Notes: generated from the letters alone by a model not told the origin. A DNA stretch of 64,000 bases from a virus (IMGVR_UViG_3300049460_000196:1-64000), one strand, 5' to 3'. Numbered from the stretch's first letter, positions 30,502 to 40,206 are shown. Numbers and translations: made by a program.

Positions 30502-30936
30502 TTAGCCGAGCAGTGCAGCCAGCTCAGCTTTCAGGTCAGCTTCCGAAGCGGTGGTGATCTTCTCGCCATCGCGTTTCGCCAGCTCAGCCATGATGGCCTG
30601 GGCGCGTTCGCGTTTGGTTGCAGCAGCGGCAGCAGCATCACGTTCAGCGATCTTCTCGTCCAGGATGGCCTTGACCAGATCGAATTTCACCTGGGTGAAG
30701 TCGGTTTTGGTTGGCGTTGGTTTCACGAACGAAACCACTTTACCGGTGCTGGCTTCCAGCTCTGCGTTCAGCGACAGCGCGATAGCATCCAGCGACGCGG
30801 CGTTGGCGCGGGTGCTGGTCAGTGGCAGACCGAACAGGTCTTGTGGCAGCAGGTCGCCGGTGGTCGACTTGAAGGTCAGGTTGTTACGGACAGCGATTTC
30901 GATCAGTTGAGCCAGAGTTTTGGTAGTCATGTGCAT
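30502..30936 (-). CDS. conserved phage coiled-coil protein
   Basis: F.STTG.L...DLF.LPL motif, strong codon bias. Confidence 0.75.
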   Translation of the reverse strand: MHMTTKTLAQLIEIAVRNNLTFKSTTGDLLPQDLFGLPLTSTRANAASLDAIALSLNAELEASTGKVVSFVKPTPTKTDFTQVKFDLVKAILDEKIAERDAAAAAATKRERAQAIMAELAKRDGEKITTASEADLKAELAALLG

Positions 30937-31009
30937 TTTCCTTTATCAATTATAGGAGTTCATTATAAGGTCAAGTATGCTGATATTCAATACATACTTG
31001 ACCTTATTG

Positions 31010-33094
31010 TTAGAACACGATTTTTACAGTACGGGTGACGTTACCCGACACACGGGCAATCACGGTCTTTTTCAGCGTCGACGATACGCCGATACCACTC
31101 AGCTGCGCGGTAGCGTCGTCTACCGTCATTTTGGCGCCCACCACTTCGAACACTTTGCGGTGTTCGTTGAGTTCTTGTTTCAGGAACTCGTTGTAGAAGC
31201 CGCGTGCCGAATCGTCGTTCACGCAACCTTCCAACATGAAGAAGTAGTGCTTGTTACCGACTTCGTTGTCGTCCCAGAAGTTAGGCGACAGCATCATCGC
31301 ATTCACTTTGTGGAACGTCTGGGTTGGCAGACCCCAGATAGTCTTGCTTGCTTGCGTCATCGGCAGCGAGGAGATGATCTTCAGGCCGTCCTTGTGCGTG
31401 TACTCGAACTTGGCCACTTCGATCTTGGCTTTGTTCGCCACCGCTTGCGGGAAAGCGAAGTTGTAGCGCGTGCCCATGAAGTCGATTTCAACTTCAAAGC
31501 CCACGTCCTTGGTCTCGCGCTTGCTGAACTGGTTCACCAGCAGCGTGTACACACCTTCCTTCATGGTCTTGCGCGACTCGTAGAAGATGTTTTCCACAGG
31601 CTCGCGGGTGGTACCCGTACCGGCGTTCATGTCAACGTCCAGGCGCCCACCGTTCGGCGACTTGCTGGTGCGCGTGCCGAAGTAGATCTCGTAGCCGTTA
31701 GGCTCGATCATGTGGAAGTCCAGGTCATCGTGGTTGTACCAGGCCAAACGGCAGCACAGGTCACCGGTCACGTTACCGCCGGCCTTCTTCACGCGCTCGA
31801 TGATCGAATCCGTGACTTCGCCGGTGTACGACCAGCTGAAGTTGTTGTTCCACTTGAACAAGTTGCCGGCCGTTGGATCTTCTGGGGCGATCAAGCTGAC
31901 GAGGTTGTTCGACAGGTTGTTGTCCAGCATGATCTCGATATTCGAGGCCGTCGGTACGATGTTCGCGATGAAGTTTTCGATCGAGACTTCTTCGACCTTG
32001 TCCAGCTTACGCGAGTTCAGCTTGTCGCCCATGCCGGACATCAGGTCGTCAAAGACGTCGCCTTCGATGATCTTACGGGTGGCGCGGTTCACATAGATCA
32101 GGTTGTTCACCGTGATATCGTTCACGTTAGCGTAACGACGACGCAGTGCCGAGGTCAGGCCCAGTTCTTCCAGCTTTGCCTTGGCGTTGGCGATCATGGA
32201 TTTGGTCACAAGCGCGGTCGGGCGCTTGTACTTGCTGCCGTGGACTTTGTCTTCGAACTTGGCGACGGCCACTTCCAGGTCGACGCCGTCGGTCAGGTCT
32301 TCAACCAGCGTACCGATCACGTCGTTGCGGAATTTGGCCAGCGCACCGTGCAAACCCTTGGTTTTCTGCCAGGCGAACAGGCGTTTGCCATCGGCGTCCA
32401 GCTTCAGGTATTCTTTTTGCAGCTTCGCGAACTGGTCGAGCAGCGGTTTCTTTTCGGCGCCCTTGTACAGGGAGTTGCTATTGACCAGATCTTGCACGGC
32501 CGAAACAGCGTCAGGCGCCAGCTCTGCCAGGCCGCGAGCAAACACGTCGCGGTGAGCGCGCAGATCACCCAGACGGCTTTCACGGCTTGGGGTGCTGTTC
32601 TTCGGCACGTGGTAGGCCGCAGGAATGTTCACGAAGAAGTGTTCCCACGTTTTCACGCCGTCGGTCAGTTGTTCGAAGTTCTTGTCGGTGCCGGCGGTGC
32701 GCTCTTCGTGCAGGAAGTAATCCGCAATTGCGCGTGGCTCGATGGCGCCGGTCAGTTCGCCTGCTTCGTTTTTCACAGCGGCGTTTTTGATCAGTTTGGA
32801 CATCGCATCCACGACTGCCTGGTATTCAGGCTCGTTCTTGACCACGATGTCCCACAGGCTCACGACCTTGTTGTCGATGATCGCTACCACATCGCCGACG
32901 GCGCGGATGAACTGCTTGCAGCACGAACAGTCGTGCGAGGTACGTTCGCGGTAATGCGGATTGGAACCGGTTGGGAAGCTGTTCAGGTAAGTGTCCCACA
33001 GCTCGTCTTTCTCGACGGCTACGCGGAACATCTCATATTTTTGCATGGCCGCAAATTGCGTTGCCACGGCTGTTTTTAATGCGTGAAAGTGCAT
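31010..33094 (-). CDS. large conserved phage protein with C-terminal DLDxH/LDVD..ENI (YfaP/TerD-like) domain
   Basis: HDCSCCKQFI, LAWYNHDDLDFH, LDVDMN, PVENI; high-expression codon bias. Confidence 0.75.
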   Translation of the reverse strand: MHFHALKTAVATQFAAMQKYEMFRVAVEKDELWDTYLNSFPTGSNPHYRERTSHDCSCCKQFIRAVGDVVAIIDNKVVSLWDIVVKNEPEYQAVVDAMSKLIKNAAVKNEAGELTGAIEPRAIADYFLHEERTAGTDKNFEQLTDGVKTWEHFFVNIPAAYHVPKNSTPSRESRLGDLRAHRDVFARGLAELAPDAVSAVQDLVNSNSLYKGAEKKPLLDQFAKLQKEYLKLDADGKRLFAWQKTKGLHGALAKFRNDVIGTLVEDLTDGVDLEVAVAKFEDKVHGSKYKRPTALVTKSMIANAKAKLEELGLTSALRRRYANVNDITVNNLIYVNRATRKIIEGDVFDDLMSGMGDKLNSRKLDKVEEVSIENFIANIVPTASNIEIMLDNNLSNNLVSLIAPEDPTAGNLFKWNNNFSWSYTGEVTDSIIERVKKAGGNVTGDLCCRLAWYNHDDLDFHMIEPNGYEIYFGTRTSKSPNGGRLDVDMNAGTGTTREPVENIFYESRKTMKEGVYTLLVNQFSKRETKDVGFEVEIDFMGTRYNFAFPQAVANKAKIEVAKFEYTHKDGLKIISSLPMTQASKTIWGLPTQTFHKVNAMMLSPNFWDDNEVGNKHYFFMLEGCVNDDSARGFYNEFLKQELNEHRKVFEVVGAKMTVDDATAQLSGIGVSSTLKKTVIARVSGNVTRTVKIVF

Positions 33095-33186
33095 TCCCGT
33101 TTCTCCTTCGTTTTAAAGTAACGCAATTATACACAAAATTTCATTAGTGTGGCACAATTTTTCAAATATTTTTGCCATGTGGTATT

Positions 33187-33534
33187 TCATAGCACATAGA
33201 CGCGCTTGCCATGAAAACTTACCCACTGCACGTCATGCACTGGAGCAAGAGTTCGCCTGTTAACAAATGAATCGTACTTATATGGATCATACGTGATTTG
33301 CTCTTTGAACACCAGAAGGGGCGTGGTATCAACTATGGTCCCCACTATACCAGCATGAACATTCTTTCGACGTTCAGCCAACACTCGTTTGCGACCGGCC
33401 ATCGATACCTTGCAAGTACAGTCGGTCAAGGTCAACATGTTGGTATGGCGAATGACTTTACCTTTCATCTCGCCTTCTAGTGCTTTGACGGACCAGACCT
33501 TCTTGTGAAGGTTGTAATAGACGAATACTTTCAC
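33187..33534 (-). CDS. conserved phage protein
   Basis: VYYNLHK..WSV, GRKRVL.E.RKNVHA, Y.PYK. Confidence 0.75.
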   Translation of the reverse strand: MKVFVYYNLHKKVWSVKALEGEMKGKVIRHTNMLTLTDCTCKVSMAGRKRVLAERRKNVHAGIVGTIVDTTPLLVFKEQITYDPYKYDSFVNRRTLAPVHDVQWVSFHGKRVYVL

Positions 33535-34043
33535 ACGCGGTTTTGCCAGCTGCGCATCAACTCATACACGAGAAGTTGTGTGGACGTCGTGACTTCACGT
33601 GATTTGGTAAGGTCTTGTTCAACCAACATTTCCAAGCTTACGTATTCTGGTGGACGAGTGTTACGCAGTTCGGCATCGAACCATTGCATCATGAATTCGT
33701 TAACGGCTTCTTTGAGAATGAATGGGCGCTCAGCCGCTCGTTTGCGTTGTTCAATCCGCCATTCATTTTGTCGTTCCAAAACTTCACCCAATGGCGTATC
33801 TGGATATTTGCGCCATGGTGCAGGAACCTGACCCTTTACTTGATTGTCAAGTTCAGCCAATTGATCCTCGTTGCTGGGATCAGGCAGTTTGTGCAGGAGA
33901 TTGTCTTGACGATGGCGGTTGCGACGATGCGCTTTTGCCTTGCGCAAAGGGATGCCAGTACGTGATGACTTGTTGTTTTCGCCGTATGTGTTACGACGAT
34001 CTTTCTTGAGACTGAGACGTTTCTTTTCTTGTGGTGTTTTCAT
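33531..34043 (-). CDS. hypothetical protein with very basic N-terminus
   Basis: PQEKKRLSLKKDRRNTYGENNKSSR. Confidence 0.7.
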   Translation of the reverse strand: MKTPQEKKRLSLKKDRRNTYGENNKSSRTGIPLRKAKAHRRNRHRQDNLLHKLPDPSNEDQLAELDNQVKGQVPAPWRKYPDTPLGEVLERQNEWRIEQRKRAAERPFILKEAVNEFMMQWFDAELRNTRPPEYVSLEMLVEQDLTKSREVTTSTQLLVYELMRSWQNRV

Positions 34044-34056
34044 ACGTCACCTATCG

Positions 34057-34144
34057 TGGTCCGGGAAGCGGGATTCGAACCCGCAATCCTCTAAGGGCGG
34101 GAGATTTTAAGTCTCCAGTGTATAGCCATTTCCACCATTCCCGG
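34057..34144 (-). tRNA. tRNA-Leu(UAA)
   Basis: full cloverleaf, GGAGA-CT-TAA-AA-TCTCC, long variable arm, CCA. Confidence 0.92.
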
Positions 34145-34146
34145 AT

Positions 34147-34374
34147 TTACCATTTACCTACTGGACATTTTTCATTCTTAAGCCAAGTTTTGGCATGAAC
34201 AAAACAACCACATTTCATACATGATGCAGTTGGCTTAAACAGCTCGGGACACGCACGACAAATATCCATACGTGCTTCTCGATCTGGAGCATCTAACTTC
34301 AGCTCGATGATTTTTTGTTCAGCGACATCTTTGACTTCTTCAACGCGCTTTTTCAGTTTGTCGATGAATGACAT
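34147..34374 (-). CDS. small Cys-rich protein (DUF6171-like)
   Basis: R..IC..C..C..CGCF..K....CP..KW. Confidence 0.7.
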   Translation of the reverse strand: MSFIDKLKKRVEEVKDVAEQKIIELKLDAPDREARMDICRACPELFKPTASCMKCGCFVHAKTWLKNEKCPVGKW

Positions 34375-34375
34375 A

Positions 34376-34963
34376 TTACAACCAGTTTACTACATATTGG
34401 ACTGGACCAGTACGCATTGCCATACCAGGCAAGTTCATTACTTGGCAGTGCTTCATTTCCCAGTCTCCAATGCGATCGTAGCCGCCATCAGCACTGTTTT
34501 GGACCAAGCAAGGGAAGGTGACGTCTGTCAGGAAATCATCCCGGTATACAATAGCAGCAGGCTTTCTGACTTCCATGGTAGCTTTGGTGACATGCAGACG
34601 CTGATCGAAGTCATAGAATTCATTAAACTTGATTGTGCGAACTTCACGTGTTTCCCAACCAGCTTCCTGGCTTTCGATCCAGGCCTCGTTTGACTCGAGT
34701 TCATCATCGTCGTCATACTTCACGTAGACGTCTTTCACCACTTGATTCCATGCACTCAAGTCTTCAATCTTACACAGGAAGGCCGTCAGCTCTTCAAGAT
34801 TGTTGGCCACGATATAGTAGCCACCACGAGCTGGTAAAATGGTAGACGGTTCTGAGGCTATCCGTCCAAACTCACTCAACGGAAGTTGTTCGGTATCAGC
34901 TTGCCATTTCTTATAAGCGGCAAGCTCTTGAGCACGATATTCTCCATCAGTCATGTCTACCAT
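34376..34963 (-). CDS. hypothetical protein
   Basis: ORF. Confidence 0.65.
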   Translation of the reverse strand: MVDMTDGEYRAQELAAYKKWQADTEQLPLSEFGRIASEPSTILPARGGYYIVANNLEELTAFLCKIEDLSAWNQVVKDVYVKYDDDDELESNEAWIESQEAGWETREVRTIKFNEFYDFDQRLHVTKATMEVRKPAAIVYRDDFLTDVTFPCLVQNSADGGYDRIGDWEMKHCQVMNLPGMAMRTGPVQYVVNWL

Positions 34964-34970
34964 CTTTCAA

Positions 34971-35354
34971 TTAATGCGCGGCTGCTGCCAGGGTTGCTTT
35001 GTAGAAGCTGGCAGTCTCGTGGAAGTGATGCGACCACTGCCATTCGTTCTTGAAGTACGCCTTGAATGCATCGCGATCCAGCACCAGCGAATCCTCAACG
35101 CCATATGACAGCATTTCCAGAATGTCGGAGTATTCAGCGCTGTGATCTTGTGGGGCGGTTATATGAATGGTAACTTCGGCAAAGTTACCAGCGGCGATCT
35201 GGTTACGGATACGGGTGAACTCGCTCAGCAGAACTGCTTCGTAGTCTGCTTTGGCTTCCGCATATGCGGCCAGGTGTTTTGCCTGACCTTCTTTGATTGC
35301 TTCGATGATATCGAGGCGTTTGACCGACAGTTGTTGTTGACGCAGGGTAATCAT
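34971..35354 (-). CDS. hypothetical protein
   Basis: AAGGA RBS. Confidence 0.65.
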   Translation of the reverse strand: MITLRQQQLSVKRLDIIEAIKEGQAKHLAAYAEAKADYEAVLLSEFTRIRNQIAAGNFAEVTIHITAPQDHSAEYSDILEMLSYGVEDSLVLDRDAFKAYFKNEWQWSHHFHETASFYKATLAAAAH

Positions 35355-35363
35355 ATGGTTTCC

Positions 35364-35783
35364 TTACCAGTAGTGTGTAGGCTTAAATGGTATGGTATTT
35401 TTGTGCGCCTTACTAGTTTTCTGCCAGTATGGTTTATCATCTTTTACCGGTCGAATATGAATCTTGAATCCATCAATTCCATGCAGGCACAAAAGGGTAG
35501 CATCGACATCTGAATACAGCCGGAATATGAACGTATACTTGGCTTCATCTCTTTTGAAATTATGCGTCAGATTCAAATCATGAAGATAATATCGGTCAGT
35601 CGGCAATATCCCTTTCATCGCATCAGCTATTGCATGTATGACCTGAGAATCATACATGCGAATATATGGATATGTGGGATGGATATGTGACCGTACATAA
35701 GTGATGATGGCAAGATGCTTATTGGGGCATGAATTCCATTTTTGAGAAATCTTGGCTTTCGTCAGCAGTTCATTGATGTTCAT
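35364..35783 (-). CDS. hypothetical protein
   Basis: ORF. Confidence 0.55.
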   Translation of the reverse strand: MNINELLTKAKISQKWNSCPNKHLAIITYVRSHIHPTYPYIRMYDSQVIHAIADAMKGILPTDRYYLHDLNLTHNFKRDEAKYTFIFRLYSDVDATLLCLHGIDGFKIHIRPVKDDKPYWQKTSKAHKNTIPFKPTHYW

Positions 35784-36153
35784 GGTGCTTTGAGCTAATC
35801 GTTATATCTCCTGGAAGCACAAGTCGTATGAGGACTTCAGCTGCCTCATCTTCGACCTGCATCACCATTATGGATTCGCCCTGCTTGTTGCCCACTGCTT
35901 TCCATTCCATGCCAATTTCAAACCATGCTTCGCCCAACTGTTCAATTGCCAATTGATTTACTTTACGTCGCAGCAGACCAGGAGTACCAGATTTGGTGAA
36001 GGTCAGGAAACGAGTGTGCTCAGTTACGGGTGGTTGGCCCGGCTTTGCCTTCGTGGCGAATGGCATGCCATGCGTTGCAAGAGCATCCTGCATCTCATCA
36101 TCTGTTATTGAATTGATGCGCTCCATAGCATGCTTGAAAAACGCCTGGTTCAT
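35770..36153 (-). CDS. hypothetical protein
   Basis: ORF. Confidence 0.6.
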   Translation of the reverse strand: MNQAFFKHAMERINSITDDEMQDALATHGMPFATKAKPGQPPVTEHTRFLTFTKSGTPGLLRRKVNQLAIEQLGEAWFEIGMEWKAVGNKQGESIMVMQVEDEAAEVLIRLVLPGDITISSKHHEHQ

Positions 36154-36474
36154 TATCCTGGACCAAAGCTGTTGGTATGGCCTGGTGGGAGATGGCCATT
36201 GCTTGATGGTGCGACAATACCGCTTGGCCGCGCCAATTGCATCCGTTCATGTTTCTGATCACGAAGATGCTGATTCAACTCTTGCAATTCAATCAATATT
36301 CGACGGTTGATATCAACCAGGTCTTCCGATATTAATTGCATTTCGCGATCGTGATTTCTCATAGTATTGGGGCAAGTGGTAAGGTGCAGGATTCCCATAC
36401 GCACCAAGCACAGAAGGCAAGGAGGATGGTAGTGATGATGGAGAGTTTGAGTTTAGACATAAGTGTCCGAAAAG

Positions 36475-36568
36475 TGGTCTTTGAGTTGACGCCTACAAAT
36501 GAACCGGATTCGAACCGATGCACACGCCTCTCAGCGTAGCTCTGCCAACTGAGCTTACCAACCGTCAA
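36475..36568 (-). ncRNA. tRNA-like RNA with anticodon loop replaced by a GAGA tetraloop
   Basis: D-arm AGCTCAGTTGGCAGAGCT, ACGCT-GAGA-GGCGT, T-arm ATCGG-TTCGAAT-CCGGT; irregular acceptor stem. Confidence 0.6.
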
Positions 36569-36719
36569 GCATCACATCCGTAATTATTGGCATGGCTTCG
36601 TCTAGAATTCCGCCATGTTTTCACTAGTTCAATTAATGCTGCCCGTCAAGCGTCAACTCAAAAACAACTGGCACCATAATACGCATATGGTGCCAATCTT
36701 TCAAGCTAGTGTTGCCAGC

Positions 36720-37106
36720 TTATTTGGCGAGTTTCTCGAACTCCAGACGTGCGGCCACTTCGGCGTCGTGCAGGTTGGAGCGAGCTTGTTTGACCTGCAT
36801 GGACGCGCCAACGATGGCTTCCATCTGCGCCTGGGTGAGTATAACGAACGGCCAATTCTCCAGCGTATAATCGCCAGCCGCTGTCATTCGAGTTTTTGCA
36901 TGACCTTCGTCGTTGTGCATCAGAGCCGAATGAACTTCTTCGGCGTTTTTGCAAAAGCGAGGGTTGTAGTAATAGAACGACATACCAGCAGGGGCGGTGA
37001 TAGTGGTGGTGCCTTCACCGATTTCGTTGCTGGCTACAGTGAACTGATTATCTTGGAAAATTCGTTGCATGTTGATCTCCTTGTAATGAACATATGGTAC
37101 GTTCAT
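36720..37106 (-). CDS. hypothetical protein
   Basis: AAGGAG before MQRIF. Confidence 0.6.
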   Translation of the reverse strand: MNVPYVHYKEINMQRIFQDNQFTVASNEIGEGTTTITAPAGMSFYYYNPRFCKNAEEVHSALMHNDEGHAKTRMTAAGDYTLENWPFVILTQAQMEAIVGASMQVKQARSNLHDAEVAARLEFEKLAK

Positions 37107-37129
37107 TCGCCAAAGAGATCAAGGCAAAG

Positions 37130-37336
37130 TCATTGCGCCTTTACGTCTGTGGCGTCATGGATCGTCGTACTAAGGTCATGAATAGTAGAACAGTTACCAC
37201 ACTTGATAAAAACTGCTGGTTTGAATTCCACGACCTCGTCTGACACGTCATGGCCCTTCGGATCAATCTGGAAGGTGAATTGATTGTTGCAGCCACAGTT
37301 TCCACATATGACGTGTAGTCTAGCGTTAGCCATCAA
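37130..37336 (-). CDS. small Zn-ribbon protein
   Basis: CGNCGC ... CGNC. Confidence 0.65.
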   Translation of the reverse strand: MMANARLHVICGNCGCNNQFTFQIDPKGHDVSDEVVEFKPAVFIKCGNCSTIHDLSTTIHDATDVKAQ

Positions 37337-37781
37337 GTTCTACCATGGGAAAAGAAATGAAGCGACACATGATCGCTGGGCCAAATGCGAAACGACTGGA
37401 ACTAGTGACCACCGCTATCCGTTTGAATGGGGTCGCATTGGCAATCATCATCCCAAGCCGATTCGACAACCAAACAATGATATGATTGGTTTCCACACAA
37501 TCACGAACCGATACCAGCAATGTGTCCTGGCGTGTTTCTTGCGCATGTTCAATGATCAGATCAAACAAGGTATGGAATTCACTTGCCGTGTAATCGCAAT
37601 GCTGAGAAAAATCCAAGCGCACTGCATGATGTACTTTGTCAAGCAACAAATCCCATACCTGATTGGCTACCGTCATGCCATCGCATTGAATGATGGGATT
37701 GAACACGGGCACGTTGGTGCTCGCCACGGCCATGACAAGGTCGTCGATTGTGACTTGGAGTGTGGGATGCCGGATCATCAC
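37326..37781 (-). CDS. hypothetical protein
   Basis: coupled ORF. Confidence 0.55.
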   Translation of the reverse strand: MMIRHPTLQVTIDDLVMAVASTNVPVFNPIIQCDGMTVANQVWDLLLDKVHHAVRLDFSQHCDYTASEFHTLFDLIIEHAQETRQDTLLVSVRDCVETNHIIVWLSNRLGMMIANATPFKRIAVVTSSSRFAFGPAIMCRFISFPMVELDG

Positions 37782-38314
37782 AGATTCATGTGGATCATAC
37801 GGTTGGTCAGCGGGGTTGGCACGCCATCGAAGACGATTTTGTGTTTGGAGATGAACACGAAACTGCCGCCATTTTGCACAATGCGCATCAGGCTAGGCCA
37901 CATCGCATAGTTGACTTTGAACGTCGCATCGTGGATGTCGAGGATCAACGTGTGCTCTGGTTGCATGATGGTCACGACTTCATCCAGCTCGTGCAGGAAC
38001 TCGTCATCCGTTTGGAAGCAGTTCAGGACTGGGTTGGCACGACCCAGTATTTCGCGAGTGAACCAAAGGGCGCCGCAGCCAGGTTTGGTCTGAATGGCCA
38101 CGCCGATGAACTGATTGGGCGACATTTGTTTGAACGCCTGCTCCAGGGTTGTGCGAATTTCCGAGCCCTTGTTCATGTTATCGATATTCTCACGGAAGCG
38201 AGTATTGCGGATGCCATACTGTTGGGAGGGATTCACGTCAAACTCCTGAATTTGTAATACCACAATATTACAAGCAAGTGAACGAAAAATCAACAAGAAG
38301 GTGGCCTGAGCCAC
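37778..38314 (-). CDS. hypothetical protein
   Basis: ORF; start uncertain. Confidence 0.55.
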   Translation of the reverse strand: MAQATFLLIFRSLACNIVVLQIQEFDVNPSQQYGIRNTRFRENIDNMNKGSEIRTTLEQAFKQMSPNQFIGVAIQTKPGCGALWFTREILGRANPVLNCFQTDDEFLHELDEVVTIMQPEHTLILDIHDATFKVNYAMWPSLMRIVQNGGSFVFISKHKIVFDGVPTPLTNRMIHMNL

Positions 38315-38321
38315 CTTTTTA

Positions 38322-38741
38322 CTACAGACGGAAGATTTCGTTCAACCAGTCACGTGCTTCCGTGGACTCGTTGATCTTGTATGGGCCATGGATACGAGCG
38401 AAGCAGCCACGGCTATCAACTTTTTTCTGCATGTTGTCCTTGACCCAGTTAACATAGATGCGGTAAAGGTCTTCATCCAGGGCAGTGACGATGCCGATGG
38501 CCATAATGACCACTTTGTCAGAGCCCATGCCGTTCATGCGTTTGATGGCAATGCGGTCGCCTACTTGGATCTTGCTGTAACGATCGATTGATTTTTCATC
38601 CAAGGCACCTTTGATGCCGGGGCGGGATGGTTTGAGGCGGTCATCCATTTCCCAGTAACCACGAGAAATGAACTTTTCGGAGAGATCGAGATTTTGGTCG
38701 TCATTGGAAGACGCACCGACTACGAAGTATTGACGGGCCAT
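38322..38741 (-). CDS. stand-alone PUA/EVE-like domain resembling the N-terminus of McrB-type proteins
   Basis: YFVVGA..F...GYW, IQVGDRIAIK, IMAIGIV, VNW; own promoter and terminator. Confidence 0.5.
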   Translation of the reverse strand: MARQYFVVGASSNDDQNLDLSEKFISRGYWEMDDRLKPSRPGIKGALDEKSIDRYSKIQVGDRIAIKRMNGMGSDKVVIMAIGIVTALDEDLYRIYVNWVKDNMQKKVDSRGCFARIHGPYKINESTEARDWLNEIFRL

Positions 38742-38816
38742 AGATGATCCTTTGTGTTACGTTGTGGTAAAAAGCGACCTAACGGTTCGCGACACAATTA
38801 TAACACAAAAGATCTT

Positions 38817-39374
38817 TTATGCTTCGCTCAAATACTTGTATGGGACACAGTCAACCAACCACACGCCGTTAGTTGACAAGTAGAAGGTGTGGCCATTTTC
38901 GACCATGCGATGAGCATCGACCTTATACATGAACAGTTCACCATGCCGTGTGCCGACATTGCTGGCAGTTTCCTGATTGGAACTGAGATGCACATAGTGG
39001 CGAGTTTTTGGAATCAAACCCATCTTGTTGATTTCAGATACGAACTTGGTTGCGGTGCCATGATACAGCGTATCTGGAGGTTCCGCGACATCGAACGTGA
39101 GGTCAACTTGTGGTGTTGAGTGGCCTTGATTGCAGCGAATTTGCAGTGTGTGTTGTTCACCGCGCATCGAGTAACGAGTCTTGGTGTCGCTGGCCACAAT
39201 TTGCAGCAGCTCTTCCATGGTAAGCGGGTGTTTATCCGCTGCCATCTTCGACAGCAGGGTATCAACATAGACCCAGCCCTGGATGTCCAGGATAATGTTG
39301 AGTTTTTCAGGAAAATGACGCAGGACGCCACTCATGTACACACTGAATTTTTCTAGTTCTTTTTGACTACGCAT
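38817..39374 (-). CDS. kptA: RNA 2'-phosphotransferase (Tpt1/KptA)
   Basis: S..MS.VLRH.P, D.QGW, D.K.RY, IRCNQGHS, LYHGT, R.YVHLS, RHG, NGVWL. Confidence 0.96.
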   Translation of the reverse strand: MRSQKELEKFSVYMSGVLRHFPEKLNIILDIQGWVYVDTLLSKMAADKHPLTMEELLQIVASDTKTRYSMRGEQHTLQIRCNQGHSTPQVDLTFDVAEPPDTLYHGTATKFVSEINKMGLIPKTRHYVHLSSNQETASNVGTRHGELFMYKVDAHRMVENGHTFYLSTNGVWLVDCVPYKYLSEA

Positions 39375-39387
39375 GATATTTCCATTT

Positions 39388-39489
39388 AACAGAATCGTTG
39401 CCCACTAACCATTGGAGCAGTCAGAGCCGGCTTTCACCAAGCCCCGACAGGAGTCGAACCTGCGATATTTTATTTGCTGTAACGATTCT
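39388..39489 (-). ncRNA. circularly permuted tRNA-like RNA 1 with ACAGCAA module
   Basis: AGAATCGT-TACAGCAA..T-arm GCAGG-TTCGACT-CCTGT, loop-closed acceptor stem, D-like GCTCCAATGGTTAGTGG..ACGATTCT-GTT. Confidence 0.8.
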
Positions 39490-39495
39490 ATGAAT

Positions 39496-39623
39496 AACAG
39501 GATGGTGGTTTTTGCTGCTCTTACGAGCGATGCTGTCCTAACTTAGACTACAGCCCACAGGCCGACGGGATTCGATACCCGCACACACACCTTGAAATAG
39601 CGGTAAATTGCTGTGACCATCCT
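39496..39623 (-). ncRNA. circularly permuted tRNA-like RNA 2 (Glu-like) with ACAGCAA module
   Basis: AGGATGGT-CACAGCAA..ATTTCAA-GGTGT, T-arm GCGGG-TATCGAAT-CCCGT, CGGCC..GGCTG, D-arm GTCT-AAGTTA-GGAC, GCATC..ACCATCCT-GTT. Confidence 0.8.
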
Positions 39624-39673
39624 ACAAACTTTAGACCACATGGTAGCACGTTTTTGCCACCATGCAACCTTTA

Positions 39674-39994
39674 TTACTTCCAGATGTTAACCGTGATTTC
39701 AACTACTGGATCCGTACAGTCACGATATGGCTTCAAGGGCAAATACCAGTCCTCGCAGTCGCCAAAGCTATATTTGCTCGACGTCCGCTGCACGAGTTTA
39801 TCCTCAAGCGCGTCTTTGACCAGATGATCGATGTAGCCATATTCTGATCCATAGGCATCTTCGAATTTCTCTATTCGGCGAGTGCTTACTTCTTGCACAT
39901 GACGACTATACTCTTCTTCGATGCCAGTTTCGTAATCGGTCAGGTATGTTACCTCAGTGAAACGCAGTATTTTGTGAACCATGTTATCAAGCAA
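39674..39994 (-). CDS. hypothetical protein
   Basis: ORF. Confidence 0.55.
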   Translation of the reverse strand: MLDNMVHKILRFTEVTYLTDYETGIEEEYSRHVQEVSTRRIEKFEDAYGSEYGYIDHLVKDALEDKLVQRTSSKYSFGDCEDWYLPLKPYRDCTDPVVEITVNIWK

Positions 39995-40181
39995 TGCTGA
40001 GCAATACCCTGGTTACCGATTGTGCGATTTCGGCAGTGCTCATGCCAACAGTGGTGACGTTTTGTTCGCCAGCATGGGCCAGATGATAGACCGAACGATA
40101 GATCAGGTCACGTTCATCTTCCGTTTTAGCAGCGGACAGGGCGGAGCGGTATTCGTGGATTTGTTTGGCCGAGATAGTCAT
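39987..40181 (-). CDS. hypothetical protein
   Basis: AAGGA RBS. Confidence 0.55.
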   Translation of the reverse strand: MTISAKQIHEYRSALSAAKTEDERDLIYRSVYHLAHAGEQNVTTVGMSTAEIAQSVTRVLLSIA

Positions 40182-40206
40182 GTTGTTCCTTGTTGTTTTT
40201 ATTCAT

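Noticed and set aside
30977-33079. 700-aa plus-strand ORF
   Set aside because: Antisense shadow of 31010..33094.
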